DNA from: Nitrosopumilus sp.
GTDB lineage: Archaea > Thermoproteota > Nitrososphaeria > Nitrososphaerales > Nitrosopumilaceae
Assembly: GCA_965203315.1 (NCBI GenBank)
Contig: OZ241857.1
Location: 640,001-704,000, forward strand
Direction of reading: 5' to 3'
Length of the DNA stretch: 64,000 nucleotides
The translations under genes were made by a program, and so were the position numbers. Under the pieces are notes generated by a model. The model did no database searches, was not told the DNA's origin, and saw only the letters and a program-made list of their open reading frames with translations. Position 1 is the first letter of the stretch. Each line of letters opens with the position of its first letter. Below are positions 10,936 through 21,122 of the stretch, in pieces.

Positions 10936-13089
10936 TTATACAGAAGCAAATTTGCCCGGCGATGTCTCGTAGAGTAGGTTCTCTTGAAACATTTTGTGCA
11001 AGAAATCTCGTGCAGTATCATCATCCCACTTTGTGCTCTTGATCATCTCGCTTATGATCTCTTGTTCTGATACACCGTCAGAGAACTGTGGCGCAATGCC
11101 TTGCATGATATCACGGAATAGATTCATTCTAGATACCATACTTGCAGGTTTGCCACGTTGTACTCCAAAGTCAACCTTGCCCGTGTTTACGTCTACTCCG
11201 CTGGTCTTTAACATCTCGTCTAGTATGTGGATGGCACGCTCTGCGTCATGTATGTCAGCAGTATCTTTTAGCAGAAATTTTGCCCTGGCAATGGTCAGTC
11301 GAACTAGTCCTTCTAGTTGTCGTACTGTTATGGTGAATCCAGACTCGGCATCCTCTGCACGTCTCATGTTTAGATAGTACTGTATGATCTTTGATTCAGC
11401 TGATCTAGATATCTTGGGTTTGAGGCGTTTTGCAATACGCAGATACTTTGCAAAGTCATCTATGTCTATGGGTGTGTGTATTCGATCATGCTCTAATCTA
11501 TGTGACGACATTACATGTTTGGCAATCTTTGTGTCTCGTTCTATAGATGGTATATCACGTACGACAAATATCATGTCAAATCTAGTCAATAGTGGTACAG
11601 GTATAGACGTTACATTCTCTGTTAGATTTCTATATGGATCATACTTGCCGTATGTAGGATTTGCGATTGCAACTACTGACGTTCTCGTGTTCAGACTAGC
11701 TGTTATTCCTGCTTTGGATATACTGGCTTGTTGTTGTTCCATTACCTCATGGAGTGCTGCTCTATCTTTGGTCTCCATTTTATCAAATTCGTCTATTATG
11801 ACCAACCCTTGATCAGCGAGAGCAGTAATACCAGGGTCTAGCATCCATGTTTGAGTTACCTTGTCTTGTACTACTGCTGCAGTCAGACCAGCTGCAGATG
11901 AACCTCGACCTGATGTGTAAAATGATCTTGGTGCAACTCGGTATGTTGCTTTACCCATCTCACTTTTCGCAGTACCTGGGTCACCTAGAATGAATATGTT
12001 GATATCGCCACGAATTCTAGTACCGTCTGATAGTATGTGAGGATTAGCTCCAATCATCGTCAATATCAGAGCCTCTTTGATGAGTGTATGTCCTTGGATG
12101 TGACTAGCAAAAGAGGATATTATCATGTTTGTAGCGTTTGTCTCGTTGTTATTTTTTATCATCTTGCTTATTCGCTCTTTGTCATCACTTGTTATCTCGC
12201 CACCAAAGTCATTCTCGTTGGATAACCGTCGTATGTGGTTTGCGTATAGTCTATGTCTGTATGTTTGAACAGGCACTCCTAACTTTATCTCCTTTGACAT
12301 CTCTGGACGAATCATACCTGATATCTCTACTGTATCTCCCATACGCGCAGTATCCACTAGATCACCTGCTACGAATACACCCAAAGTTTTAGGTAGTTTT
12401 CCAGCTGGTAGTTCATTTGGTAGTTCTTGCAACTGTAGTATCTGATAATCGACAAAGGTAGACTCTTTTGGATTTAACTCAAACTTGCGACTCTTGCATC
12501 TGTCGTTTTCACATATTACTGGTACAGACATGGTATAGTTCTTGTCTGCTTGAATACTAAACACATGACCTTCCTCACATCTGTATACAGCCTTGACGGG
12601 TATGGCCTCGATTGCACTCATGCGGATCAGCATCGCTTTTATCGTCACGAACTGACCAGAATTGTCGCTGTTTATCTCACGAACTCCAAGTATATTTGGA
12701 TAGTTCGACATACGTACAGATATCTTGTCACGTATATCATCAGCATAGTCAGGAAATCGTTGTCGTAATATTTCGTATACTGCTCTTGCAGCTGCTGTAA
12801 GAAAGATGTCCGAGTCTTGCTGAAACACATATGCGATATCATCATCTAGAGCAAAGTCCATGTAATTCATCGTCAATGATGTCTTGTTAGCAGATGGCAT
12901 CAAATCTATCGCATTAACGTATACGTATTCTCCACCTAGCTTGTAATTCTGCATGAACTGTTTTATCACATCTGCTAGTCCAGATTTGGTATAGTCTATA
13001 CTGGTATCCGATTTGATACTAGATTTGATACTAGTATCTTTCACACTAGTATCTTTCACACTAGTATCCTTCACACTAGTGTCTTTCAT
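10936..13089 (-). CDS. mcm: MCM replicative helicase (probably element-encoded)
   Basis: Zn finger, Walker A GDPGTAKS, Walker B IIDEFDKM, HEVMEQQ, LLTRFD, C-terminal wHTH; N-terminal KDTSV repeats. Confidence 0.95.
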   Translation of the reverse strand: MKDTSVKDTSVKDTSVKDTSIKSSIKSDTSIDYTKSGLADVIKQFMQNYKLGGEYVYVNAIDLMPSANKTSLTMNYMDFALDDDIAYVFQQDSDIFLTAAARAVYEILRQRFPDYADDIRDKISVRMSNYPNILGVREINSDNSGQFVTIKAMLIRMSAIEAIPVKAVYRCEEGHVFSIQADKNYTMSVPVICENDRCKSRKFELNPKESTFVDYQILQLQELPNELPAGKLPKTLGVFVAGDLVDTARMGDTVEISGMIRPEMSKEIKLGVPVQTYRHRLYANHIRRLSNENDFGGEITSDDKERISKMIKNNNETNATNMIISSFASHIQGHTLIKEALILTMIGANPHILSDGTRIRGDINIFILGDPGTAKSEMGKATYRVAPRSFYTSGRGSSAAGLTAAVVQDKVTQTWMLDPGITALADQGLVIIDEFDKMETKDRAALHEVMEQQQASISKAGITASLNTRTSVVAIANPTYGKYDPYRNLTENVTSIPVPLLTRFDMIFVVRDIPSIERDTKIAKHVMSSHRLEHDRIHTPIDIDDFAKYLRIAKRLKPKISRSAESKIIQYYLNMRRAEDAESGFTITVRQLEGLVRLTIARAKFLLKDTADIHDAERAIHILDEMLKTSGVDVNTGKVDFGVQRGKPASMVSRMNLFRDIMQGIAPQFSDGVSEQEIISEMIKSTKWDDDTARDFLHKMFQENLLYETSPGKFASV

Positions 13090-13891
13090 ACTCTTTGTAT
13101 CGTTTCACAAAGTTACGTAATGCCATGGTTGTTACACCAGCTGCACTAGATATTGTATCTTGTTTGATAGATTTACGACATACAAGGTAAATTATTCCAG
13201 CAGCACATACACCAGGATGTGATATTACACCAAAAGGACAGCTAGCCAGTATGTCAAACATCTTGTTTCGTGTTTTGTATGATATGTCAAGAATATTACA
13301 TGCCTTGTTGATTCGAATCTTTATGTTGTTACGGATATCATATGTTATGTTCCATCTCTGTAACATGTATCGATATACTCTACGCGTAGATCTCTTGTTT
13401 ACATTTGCTTGGTCCATTATCTCTGTCTCTTTTATGACTCGACCATGTCTCTTGCATGCAATCATTACACATGCTACAGATACTTGATCGAGACGTCTTC
13501 CGTGTGTGAGTCCCTCACGGATTGCACGTCTTGCAAGGACTTTGGCTTCAGTCGCGATGAGCGTGGTTGCGCCTAACCTACCTAGTAGAGCGTCTAACAA
13601 TTTGTATGTCTTGACGAATCTCCTATCGATGCCTTGAACTTGTAAAGAGTTTGAGATAGTTTTATCACCTATCTTTGTAATTGGTTCACTACCTAGTCCA
13701 TTACCAAGTATTATATCACTAGTTTGTATGACAGAGTCACTTACATCTGATTCGACCATTCTAGACTCGATTATTACGCCGCATTTGCTGCACAATATCT
13801 CGCCTTGTTTTATGTCAGATATCAGCTGGGGCGTATTACAGTAACAGTATCGTTTCATTTTACACAAGAGTGTAGATGACCGTTTCTGCAC
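13076..13891 (-). CDS. tfb: Divergent transcription initiation factor B
   Basis: Zn ribbon (..GEILCSKCG), two cyclin-like repeats (GRRLDQVSVACVMIACK; AAGIIYL..AGVTTMALRN). Confidence 0.8.
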   Translation of the reverse strand: MQKRSSTLLCKMKRYCYCNTPQLISDIKQGEILCSKCGVIIESRMVESDVSDSVIQTSDIILGNGLGSEPITKIGDKTISNSLQVQGIDRRFVKTYKLLDALLGRLGATTLIATEAKVLARRAIREGLTHGRRLDQVSVACVMIACKRHGRVIKETEIMDQANVNKRSTRRVYRYMLQRWNITYDIRNNIKIRINKACNILDISYKTRNKMFDILASCPFGVISHPGVCAAGIIYLVCRKSIKQDTISSAAGVTTMALRNFVKRYKEYERH

Positions 13892-13989
13892 ATGTGTGAT
13901 ATTCTAGTCATGGTGTATTCGCGTTGGTTTTTGTTTATGTGTAATGTTTCAGGCATGTATGATTGCATGATAATGACGACCGACTAGTT

Positions 13990-14439
13990 TCATCTCTTGT
14001 TGTCAAATAACATCTGCATATTAGATGTTTGAGAATTGTGGTTTTCAGTCTGTTTGTGGTTACGTTTAGGATCGTACTTTTGGTTGTATATGCCAGCACT
14101 AGCTAGTCTGATCAATGTAGATGATGATGCTGTACCTGTGAGTTTACCAATCTTGTCCTCTCTTTGTACAAGATCCCAGTGAAGTTTTGTGCGTCCACTC
14201 TTTGATCTGTAGAATATATCCAAGACGCCTTTTGCAGATATTATTGTGTACTCTGGTGTTTCAGATATTGTACACTTGTCTATTGCTCGAACGTGTATCA
14301 ATGATTTGGATTCGCGTTCTAAAAATATTGTAGTATCTTTAATGTATATTTCGGGAATGTCATCGTATATAGACAAAAGAAACCTACGAAATACATCCAG
14401 AGATATCATGATAGTGATCTTGGTTTGAACTCTCTTCAT
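13990..14439 (-). CDS. Hypothetical protein
   Basis: ORF co-oriented and upstream of tfb. Confidence 0.55.
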   Translation of the reverse strand: MKRVQTKITIMISLDVFRRFLLSIYDDIPEIYIKDTTIFLERESKSLIHVRAIDKCTISETPEYTIISAKGVLDIFYRSKSGRTKLHWDLVQREDKIGKLTGTASSSTLIRLASAGIYNQKYDPKRNHKQTENHNSQTSNMQMLFDNKR

Positions 14440-14476
14440 GTGTAAAACCCTCGATCAGAACTTTGTATAGGATGTG

Positions 14477-14549
14477 TATATGGCGTATGGTATATGGCGT
14501 ATGGTATATGGCGTATGGTATATAGCGTATGGTATATGGTATATGGTAT
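14477..14549. repeat. Tandem repeat, 14-bp unit TATATGGCGTATGG (7-bp periodicity), about 5 units
   Basis: Read directly. Confidence 0.9.
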
Positions 14550-15280
14550 CACCATGTTGGATCACATTGCCCGTGTAATCTAGATTATTCAAATTTTCAT
14601 ATTGGAAGAAAATCCTCGGCATAGACGGACGAACAACCTCATAATTCCGAGATTGCGTACCAGTATGTTCGCCCGCATGTAATATGCTTTGAACTTGCTG
14701 ATCTTCTTTGAAATCTGTGTGATACAAGCGACGCTGCAGGATTGACCTGGCAGAGCCCGTACCTTGTACCTCGCAAATCTATCACAGGTATTACCTGCCA
14801 GTTCTGATGAAAAGGTACCATACGGTTGGTCTAGACCAACTTGCCCCTCGATATGGTACGATCGATTAGTGAGATGTTTGGTACACATTATTGGTGCACC
14901 TCCAATAGTTTGACTACATTGTCTTGGATTGTAATCTGCTTGTTTAAGATCATCTGTGGTAGAATACAAGCTAGTACCTGCGATGTACATTCTATAGCAA
15001 ATGTCTCGTATAGTGCATCTAGTGTAATTTTTTGAGTATTGTCGTATGTCAATAGAGTGAATATCATGCGTTGTAGCGATGTCTTTAACTCTCGGTCTAG
15101 TCGCTCTTGAATGTCTGCAGTCTCGAGTTGATATTGTTGTACCTTTTCAGATATTGCGGTACACTTGGACATCTTTATGCATACTTTGCATCGAGTTGAA
15201 CCAAACTGTGTATGTGGTTTGTATGTGTAAATGTCATCACCGATCTTTGCTGTACCACAGATACTGTCTAGTCCAATATA

Positions 15281-16561
15281 TACCAAAGTGCAAAAGTATT
15301 TTCCACGATTTGACAATAAATTACTCTAACCGAAACCTTTATCGATCAGATGTTTTTCTGTATTTGTAATGGGCACACACTTTCAAGGATTAATGGAAGC
15401 GTTTCAAAAAGAAAAAGATGATACCAGTTTCTCAAAAAGAGCGTTGGCGGTAATACTAGTCAAAGTTAAAAAAATACCTATAGACGAAGTAGCAGAAATA
15501 TTTGGTTGTGTACCAAAAACGATAAGGAACTGGTTAAATCGATACAAGGAAAGAGGCATCAATGGCTTGAGAGATCGTCCAAAAACAGGTAGACCAAGAA
15601 AGATTTCCAAGTTGCAAATTTTAGCAATAGTTTTGCACATGCCCCAAAAACACCCAATCATCATAAAACGAATTATCTATGATCTAACAAAAATCGAGTA
15701 TTCTGTGTGGAGCATTAGAAGAGTATTACGTGAATTGAAGCTTACCCGAAAGAAGCCCAAGCCATATTACATAAATCGAGCTAGTGCAGAAGACACTCAA
15801 ATATTTCAAGATAGAGTACTTTTAAAAATACAAAAAGCAAAAAGAAAAGGCATACCAGTATTTGTTTGTGACGAAGTCCAAGCCAATTATGACGACAATT
15901 GTAACTATATGGTATGGGAGTTTAAATGGAAAGATGCACGTGTTCCATACGTAAACCAATATGAAAGTGTCAGATACTTTGGAGCTCTTGATTCAGACGG
16001 CAATCTATTTACAATACAATATGAGGATAATTTTACAGCAGATATGTTTAGGATATGTTTGAACATGCTTTACGACAAATGCGGTAAATTTATGATAATA
16101 GCAGATGGAGCTAAAGCACATACTGCAAATAATGTCAAAGAGTTTTGTGAAAAGAAAGGAATAGACCTAGAAATTCTTCCTGCTGGACGTCCAGAACTCA
16201 ATGCAATAGAGACAATATGGTACATGGGGAAAAAGGAACACGTAAATGGCAAGTTTTATCCAGATCGTAGAGAATTAGTGTCAAAACTCAATGAATTTTT
16301 TAGTCAAAAATTCGATATTGACCTAGTAAAATACTTGAAAAGAAAGGTTGATGACTAGTAAACAGTCGCAAATCGATCATAATATGGATATACAAGACAA
16401 TTGCATGAACTTTAATAATTACAATCTCATCTTTCGTTTAAATTAACTAACTCTTTATCAATTTCTTAGTTAAGTAATAGACAAACAGAGTGGCTTGGAA
16501 ACAAAATTTAGACCAATACGTTTTGGGACACAGTTTTGGAAAATACTTTTGCACTTTGGTA
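15281..16561 (+). mobile_element. IS630-family insertion sequence
   Basis: TIR TACCAAAGTGCAAAAGTATTTTCCA at both ends; TA duplication at 15279-80 and 16562-63. Confidence 0.95.
15369..16358 (+). CDS. IS630-family transposase
   Basis: HTH, GRPRK, DE..DGAKAH..PELNAIE DDE motifs. Confidence 0.95.
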   Translation: MGTHFQGLMEAFQKEKDDTSFSKRALAVILVKVKKIPIDEVAEIFGCVPKTIRNWLNRYKERGINGLRDRPKTGRPRKISKLQILAIVLHMPQKHPIIIKRIIYDLTKIEYSVWSIRRVLRELKLTRKKPKPYYINRASAEDTQIFQDRVLLKIQKAKRKGIPVFVCDEVQANYDDNCNYMVWEFKWKDARVPYVNQYESVRYFGALDSDGNLFTIQYEDNFTADMFRICLNMLYDKCGKFMIIADGAKAHTANNVKEFCEKKGIDLEILPAGRPELNAIETIWYMGKKEHVNGKFYPDRRELVSKLNEFFSQKFDIDLVKYLKRKVDD

Positions 16562-16610
16562 TAGTAATGTGTATCTAGTATATTGTCATCTTGTACACGA
16601 GATATCCAGT

Positions 16611-16922
16611 TCATTGTACAGCCACCTCACAATCTAGACAACGACTTCTACCATACAGATACACATACTCTTGACCCGTAAGATATCCTGCTTGGTACAC
16701 CTGTGCTAGTATGTCATGTGTTGGACCATCTGATATCTCTGCTACGAGTTGTTTTATCTGCTGTAATGATATTTGTACAAAGTCTGCATCTATTGGTTCT
16801 CTGCCATAAATGTAATAGTCTCTCTCGTCTGATATGAAACGAGTCAACTCTGAAATACACTGACCACTAGGGAGACGAGATATCATCTCTAGATCATTTG
16901 TAGATATCTTTATAGACATCAT
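16611..16922 (-). CDS. Hypothetical protein
   Basis: Translationally coupled to the next gene. Confidence 0.5.
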   Translation of the reverse strand: MMSIKISTNDLEMISRLPSGQCISELTRFISDERDYYIYGREPIDADFVQISLQQIKQLVAEISDGPTHDILAQVYQAGYLTGQEYVYLYGRSRCLDCEVAVQ

Positions 16923-17091
16923 GTATAGTCCTCCACAGTTAGATTACACGTGGGCCGTTCAGATTTTTTCATAGACTCTAGTATCTGTTGTATTTTAGGT
17001 AAAGTGTGATCATCTTTACGAGATGTGATGCGTAAATATTCATGAATACGTACTAGCTCGTGATACTCTAACGATATTGTGTGTACTCTAG

Positions 17092-17589
17092 TCAAAGAAA
17101 CTCCTCCCGAAATAATGCAGTATTGCCTTTGATGTTGCTACTTTGTATGTCCGAGTGTGCTGCAAGGTGTTCCATAGGATCATCCAGAGTCATTCCACAT
17201 ACACATGTAACAAGAACACGTGTGTTGGAGTGGTGTCGTTTACATCCGCCCGTTGCCATAACATCTCTTTGACATTGTAGACATTCCATCTCGATATCTT
17301 TTAGAAACGATTCACAAGTCTGAGATAGATCGTAGACATTGCTCTGTTCATTAAAGAGATATTTTATGCAGACTAGGACCTCTAGATTTTTTCTGTATAC
17401 TGTTTGTAGAGATCTCTTGCCGTTACTAACACATGTGATTTTATCAGCCGTACCGCCAATCTCTTCAATACTCTCTTCAGATCTGTCTCGGTTTGGTTTT
17501 ATTACTGGGATATATCCTAGACTTTTATACATTATTCTATACAACTTTGGGTTGTTGCAGTATTGATGGATCACTTTTTGTTCGCTCAT
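17092..17589 (-). CDS. Hypothetical Cys/His-rich protein
   Basis: CxxC, CxC and H clusters; ATGA overlap with 17586..18140. Confidence 0.55.
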   Translation of the reverse strand: MSEQKVIHQYCNNPKLYRIMYKSLGYIPVIKPNRDRSEESIEEIGGTADKITCVSNGKRSLQTVYRKNLEVLVCIKYLFNEQSNVYDLSQTCESFLKDIEMECLQCQRDVMATGGCKRHHSNTRVLVTCVCGMTLDDPMEHLAAHSDIQSSNIKGNTALFREEFL

Positions 17590-18140
17590 TTTGTGCCTCC
17601 ATAGTGTGTCTGATAGATGTGATCTAGAGTGATCTCGGCTGCCTTTTCGTTTGCTACACGTTGATAGTTTTGTGGACTCTGCTCCAACTGATCAATCTTG
17701 ATCAAAAAGTAACACACAGCTGCTCTAATCACAATACTGCGAATCGTAGTGACCTTGGAGTTTGGTATGTATCCATCCTCTTCTAATCCCTGGAATATCC
17801 GTTGAACCAAATCAGACGCTACGATCTTGTTGACTATATGAATGGCAGACGGAGTAAGACCAGTAGATATGCTCGTCATGTGCTTACTCCGTCTATTGAT
17901 CTTGTGTTTATGGTCTGGTACGAGATCTCGATATATCTCTGCTAATAGTTTGTCTGTAGATATTCGATTACCACATCGGCGTAGGATCTCAATCTCTTGA
18001 AGTCTTGGCAACTCTTCTAGGAATAGAGCGATTGCACAACGTATCAAGGTGCATTTGTTGAAGGACAGTCCAATCTCATATAGACGCGCAAATACTTTAG
18101 ACTCTGCAATTACTCGATCAATAATGACACTACTGTTCAT
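17586..18140 (-). CDS. Hypothetical protein with two RHH-like segments
   Basis: LIRCAIALFL and VIRAAVCYFL. Confidence 0.5.
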   Translation of the reverse strand: MNSSVIIDRVIAESKVFARLYEIGLSFNKCTLIRCAIALFLEELPRLQEIEILRRCGNRISTDKLLAEIYRDLVPDHKHKINRRSKHMTSISTGLTPSAIHIVNKIVASDLVQRIFQGLEEDGYIPNSKVTTIRSIVIRAAVCYFLIKIDQLEQSPQNYQRVANEKAAEITLDHIYQTHYGGTK

Positions 18141-19075
18141 AGTGATCGAACATGCGATCCCTGTATCTATGCCACTAGACAGGTGCCACCACCATACTCA
18201 TATCCAACATTTGTCCAACATTATTCACACATGTGTTGTTTATAACTGTATCCATAGTCACGAATGGAATTGTTTTTCTGTTTACTCTTGCATGTGTGGT
18301 GAGACGGAATTTACCTCGTGCAGAACAGCTAACATCAAATTATGATACTGAACACCAGGAAAATTATCATGTTCGCAACCATGTTATAGTTCAATACAAT
18401 CAAGTTGGCAAAAAATATCAAATTTTTTTTACACTAGATCTCAATAATATATTATTGCAAAATCAATAACACATTATTAGAAACATCTGAAAAAAAATAA
18501 ATTATTATATGACATAAGCGTATATTGATCGGGTCTTGTGGGGTTAGTGTAAAAGCTATACTCGAACATTTGTCCAAAATGGTTTTGAGCCCCACGAGGC
18601 ACGTCTCTGTAATGGATCATTGTGTGGTTCAGCATATATGCAAATTTCGTATACTGTGGAATTGTTTGTCATCGTAGATGATAAAGTAACCGTCGAATCA
18701 GATATACGAGTTTCTAGATCGGTTCTCATACTGCCGTATATGCAAGATGACATATTGGCAGATATGGTAGCACATACCACAAAATTTCTCTCACACACGT
18801 TTTGTATTATTTGAACATATATTTAAGAATTTACCATACATTACGGTATAAAAGTGGCTTTCATTATACATGATAGTGATATGATAATGACAGCATAATG
18901 ACAGTATGCGACCAACTAGGACCGGTATTCTCAGAAGATCTTGCATCCACGGATGTAACATACATTGATAGTGATGCGACTCTTGTACCTCGTAGGTGTC
19001 ATCGTCAAAGGTTATGCTAATTGTGTGTCTCGGATCTATATCATACAACCACAATTGACCCACCGTTGCTTCTTG

Positions 19076-19256
19076 GGTTCTGTTCAATTGACGGGGGTTG
19101 GCATTTTCTGCACAAAATTCTCGAAACTTTGCAAAATATGGAAACTGACTCATATCGACTAACGTGAATTGTTGCTGTTTTGAGTCTCATACTGTATGTT
19201 CTGAGATAACGTCATAACGATCTCAACCCCTTCTCCTCCGTCAATTGAACAGAACC
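19076..19256. mobile_element. IS6-type MITE (family C)
   Basis: 19-bp TIR GGTTCTGTTCAATTGACGG; second copy at 50047-50214. Confidence 0.85.
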
Positions 19257-19322
19257 TAGCCATATAATATAGATAGTCAAAAAGGATAATATTATAGTAT
19301 TTTACTATAATAACTAGATAAC

Positions 19323-20390
19323 ATGCTGGATTTAACATACAAAGTACTAGACGTACTGTCACGAAGGATAGGGATTCCCACATCCATTAGTGAAAGCAAA
19401 AGAGAGATTAAAGAGAGATATAATAGTGCTCATTACGCCAACACTTATGAAAAGATCAAGCAACTAGAACAAGAAGAGATCATATTACTAGCAAAGATAG
19501 GCAAGTCAACATTGGTGTCCCTAAATTTCGACAGTTATGTTATCGTGGATATGCTTGCAGAGATGGAGTTTAAACGCAAACGTGAATTTGTACGAGGGAG
19601 ACAAGAGTTACAGATTCTTTTGTCAGATATCTATACTCATCTACTCAAAATTCCTCTAATATCTTATGCATTACTGATATATCCAGAAAAGAATGCGAGA
19701 TTGAACAAGATAGAGATGCTAGTGCATCTAAAAGAATCCAATGCCAAAAGAGCAACTGGAACAAAGATCAATATTCATACAGCAGTAAAAAGATTGCAAA
19801 GAATCTACAACATAAGAATAGATTGTCTCACATTAGAAGATATAGCATTTCTAGATCTGCTCAAATCAAACGAACATAACATGATCAGAGAGATGTTGTA
19901 TGACAAGATTGTAATATTGCACCCACAAGACTTTTGGCTGACTGTAAAAGATGAGGTGTCAGGAGTCAAAGTATCAGATGTAAAATGCGAAGATGTTCCC
20001 AAGATAGATCAAAAAGATATCACATACAATCTCGCAAGATTTGGATATACAGGGATCGGTAACAAAGTTGAACAAGGCAAGCTGTTCTGTATAGAGTACA
20101 TTATAACTGCAGTAATGTTTCATGATGATATAAGGACAGTAGAATCCATTCCAGTAATTATTGCAAAGAATCCAAAGATAAAGTACGATCTATTATTGTT
20201 TCTAGCACAAAAGTACGAGTTCGGTGATAGACTACTCGGCATACTACGAGCATTAAGGGATATGCCAATATACGAAATCGAGGTTGTGGACGAGCCAATA
20301 AAGCTGTTAGAAACAACAGGAGTAAAAGAGGCAAACATGGACATCAACGACATCAAGGAAAGATTGAGAGTATACAATGTCACTAGATAA
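19323..20390 (+). CDS. Winged-helix-containing protein, putative antitoxin partner of the downstream nucleotidyltransferase
   Basis: wHTH-like N-terminus; overlaps the next gene. Confidence 0.5.
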   Translation: MLDLTYKVLDVLSRRIGIPTSISESKREIKERYNSAHYANTYEKIKQLEQEEIILLAKIGKSTLVSLNFDSYVIVDMLAEMEFKRKREFVRGRQELQILLSDIYTHLLKIPLISYALLIYPEKNARLNKIEMLVHLKESNAKRATGTKINIHTAVKRLQRIYNIRIDCLTLEDIAFLDLLKSNEHNMIREMLYDKIVILHPQDFWLTVKDEVSGVKVSDVKCEDVPKIDQKDITYNLARFGYTGIGNKVEQGKLFCIEYIITAVMFHDDIRTVESIPVIIAKNPKIKYDLLLFLAQKYEFGDRLLGILRALRDMPIYEIEVVDEPIKLLETTGVKEANMDINDIKERLRVYNVTR

Positions 20391-20886
20391 AGCAAAACTA
20401 TTAAATTTTTTAAATGAGATAGACAGAAAGATCTCAAAAAGAATCACAATAGTTGCAGTAGGAGGTACAGCCATGACTCTGCTAAACCTAAAACAATCTA
20501 CACTAGATGTTGATTTTACCATTCCGTGTGAATATTATGAAGAATTCGAATCTGCAAGAAAAATTGTACAGCCCGGCTTCCGAATAGATGTTTATAAGGG
20601 CGGTAGTGTATTCATAACAGTTCTGCCCGAAGATTATCTAGAAAGGAGCATTCCAATCATAACTAATTTTAAAAGTATCGATCTGAGATCTTTAGATCCT
20701 GTAGATATCGTAATTACAAAAATTGCAAGACTCAACGATAGAGACAAGAGAGACATAAAATCATGTATAACTAATTTTAACATTACACAAACACAGATCG
20801 ATCAGAGAGCAATAGACATAAACTATTCAGGAAATGACGAGATTTTTATTTGTAACCTCAATAAGGTGCTAGTGGAATTTTTTTAA
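20377..20886 (+). CDS. Nucleotidyltransferase (DUF6036/AbiEii-like)
   Basis: VGGTAM..TLDVDF motif, C-terminal KIARLNDRDKRDI. Confidence 0.75.
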   Translation: MSLDKAKLLNFLNEIDRKISKRITIVAVGGTAMTLLNLKQSTLDVDFTIPCEYYEEFESARKIVQPGFRIDVYKGGSVFITVLPEDYLERSIPIITNFKSIDLRSLDPVDIVITKIARLNDRDKRDIKSCITNFNITQTQIDQRAIDINYSGNDEIFICNLNKVLVEFF

Positions 20887-20904
20887 AATATATGCAATTA
20901 TGGA

Positions 20905-21105
20905 TATCAAGCCCCCAACATGTATTGCATTAGCAAATCAAACAGATCGCATTCTCGATTATTGTATCGCCACTTCATCTCTTTGAGACACAGTAAGAAT
21001 TTCTTTGAACTCACACCACGATACTTTACCAAGTTCAATTTAGCAAATCCCCGGCATCCTTCCATGTCGTTGATGTACACATCGCCTTTTGCAAAAAGAA
21101 CTGGC
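20905..21105 (-). pseudogene. IS1595-family transposase 3' remnant
   Basis: Manual translation FAKGDVYINDMEG..KYRGVS..LKEMKWRYNNR. Confidence 0.65.
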
Positions 21106-21122
21106 GATTAGGTATCCATTGT

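Larger units (their letters stand above)
14888..16614 (-). pseudogene. Element gene interrupted by IS630
   Basis: Removing 15281-16561 and one TA restores MNWISRVQDDNILDTHYYIGLDSICG.. in frame; its ATG overlaps the stop of 16611..16922. Confidence 0.8.

Noticed and set aside
14888-15316. ORF start as given in the track
   Set aside because: The first residues come from the IS630 TIR; the real start is at 16614
18791-19153. 120-aa CDS
   Set aside because: Its start lies inside MITE C; probably chimeric or spurious
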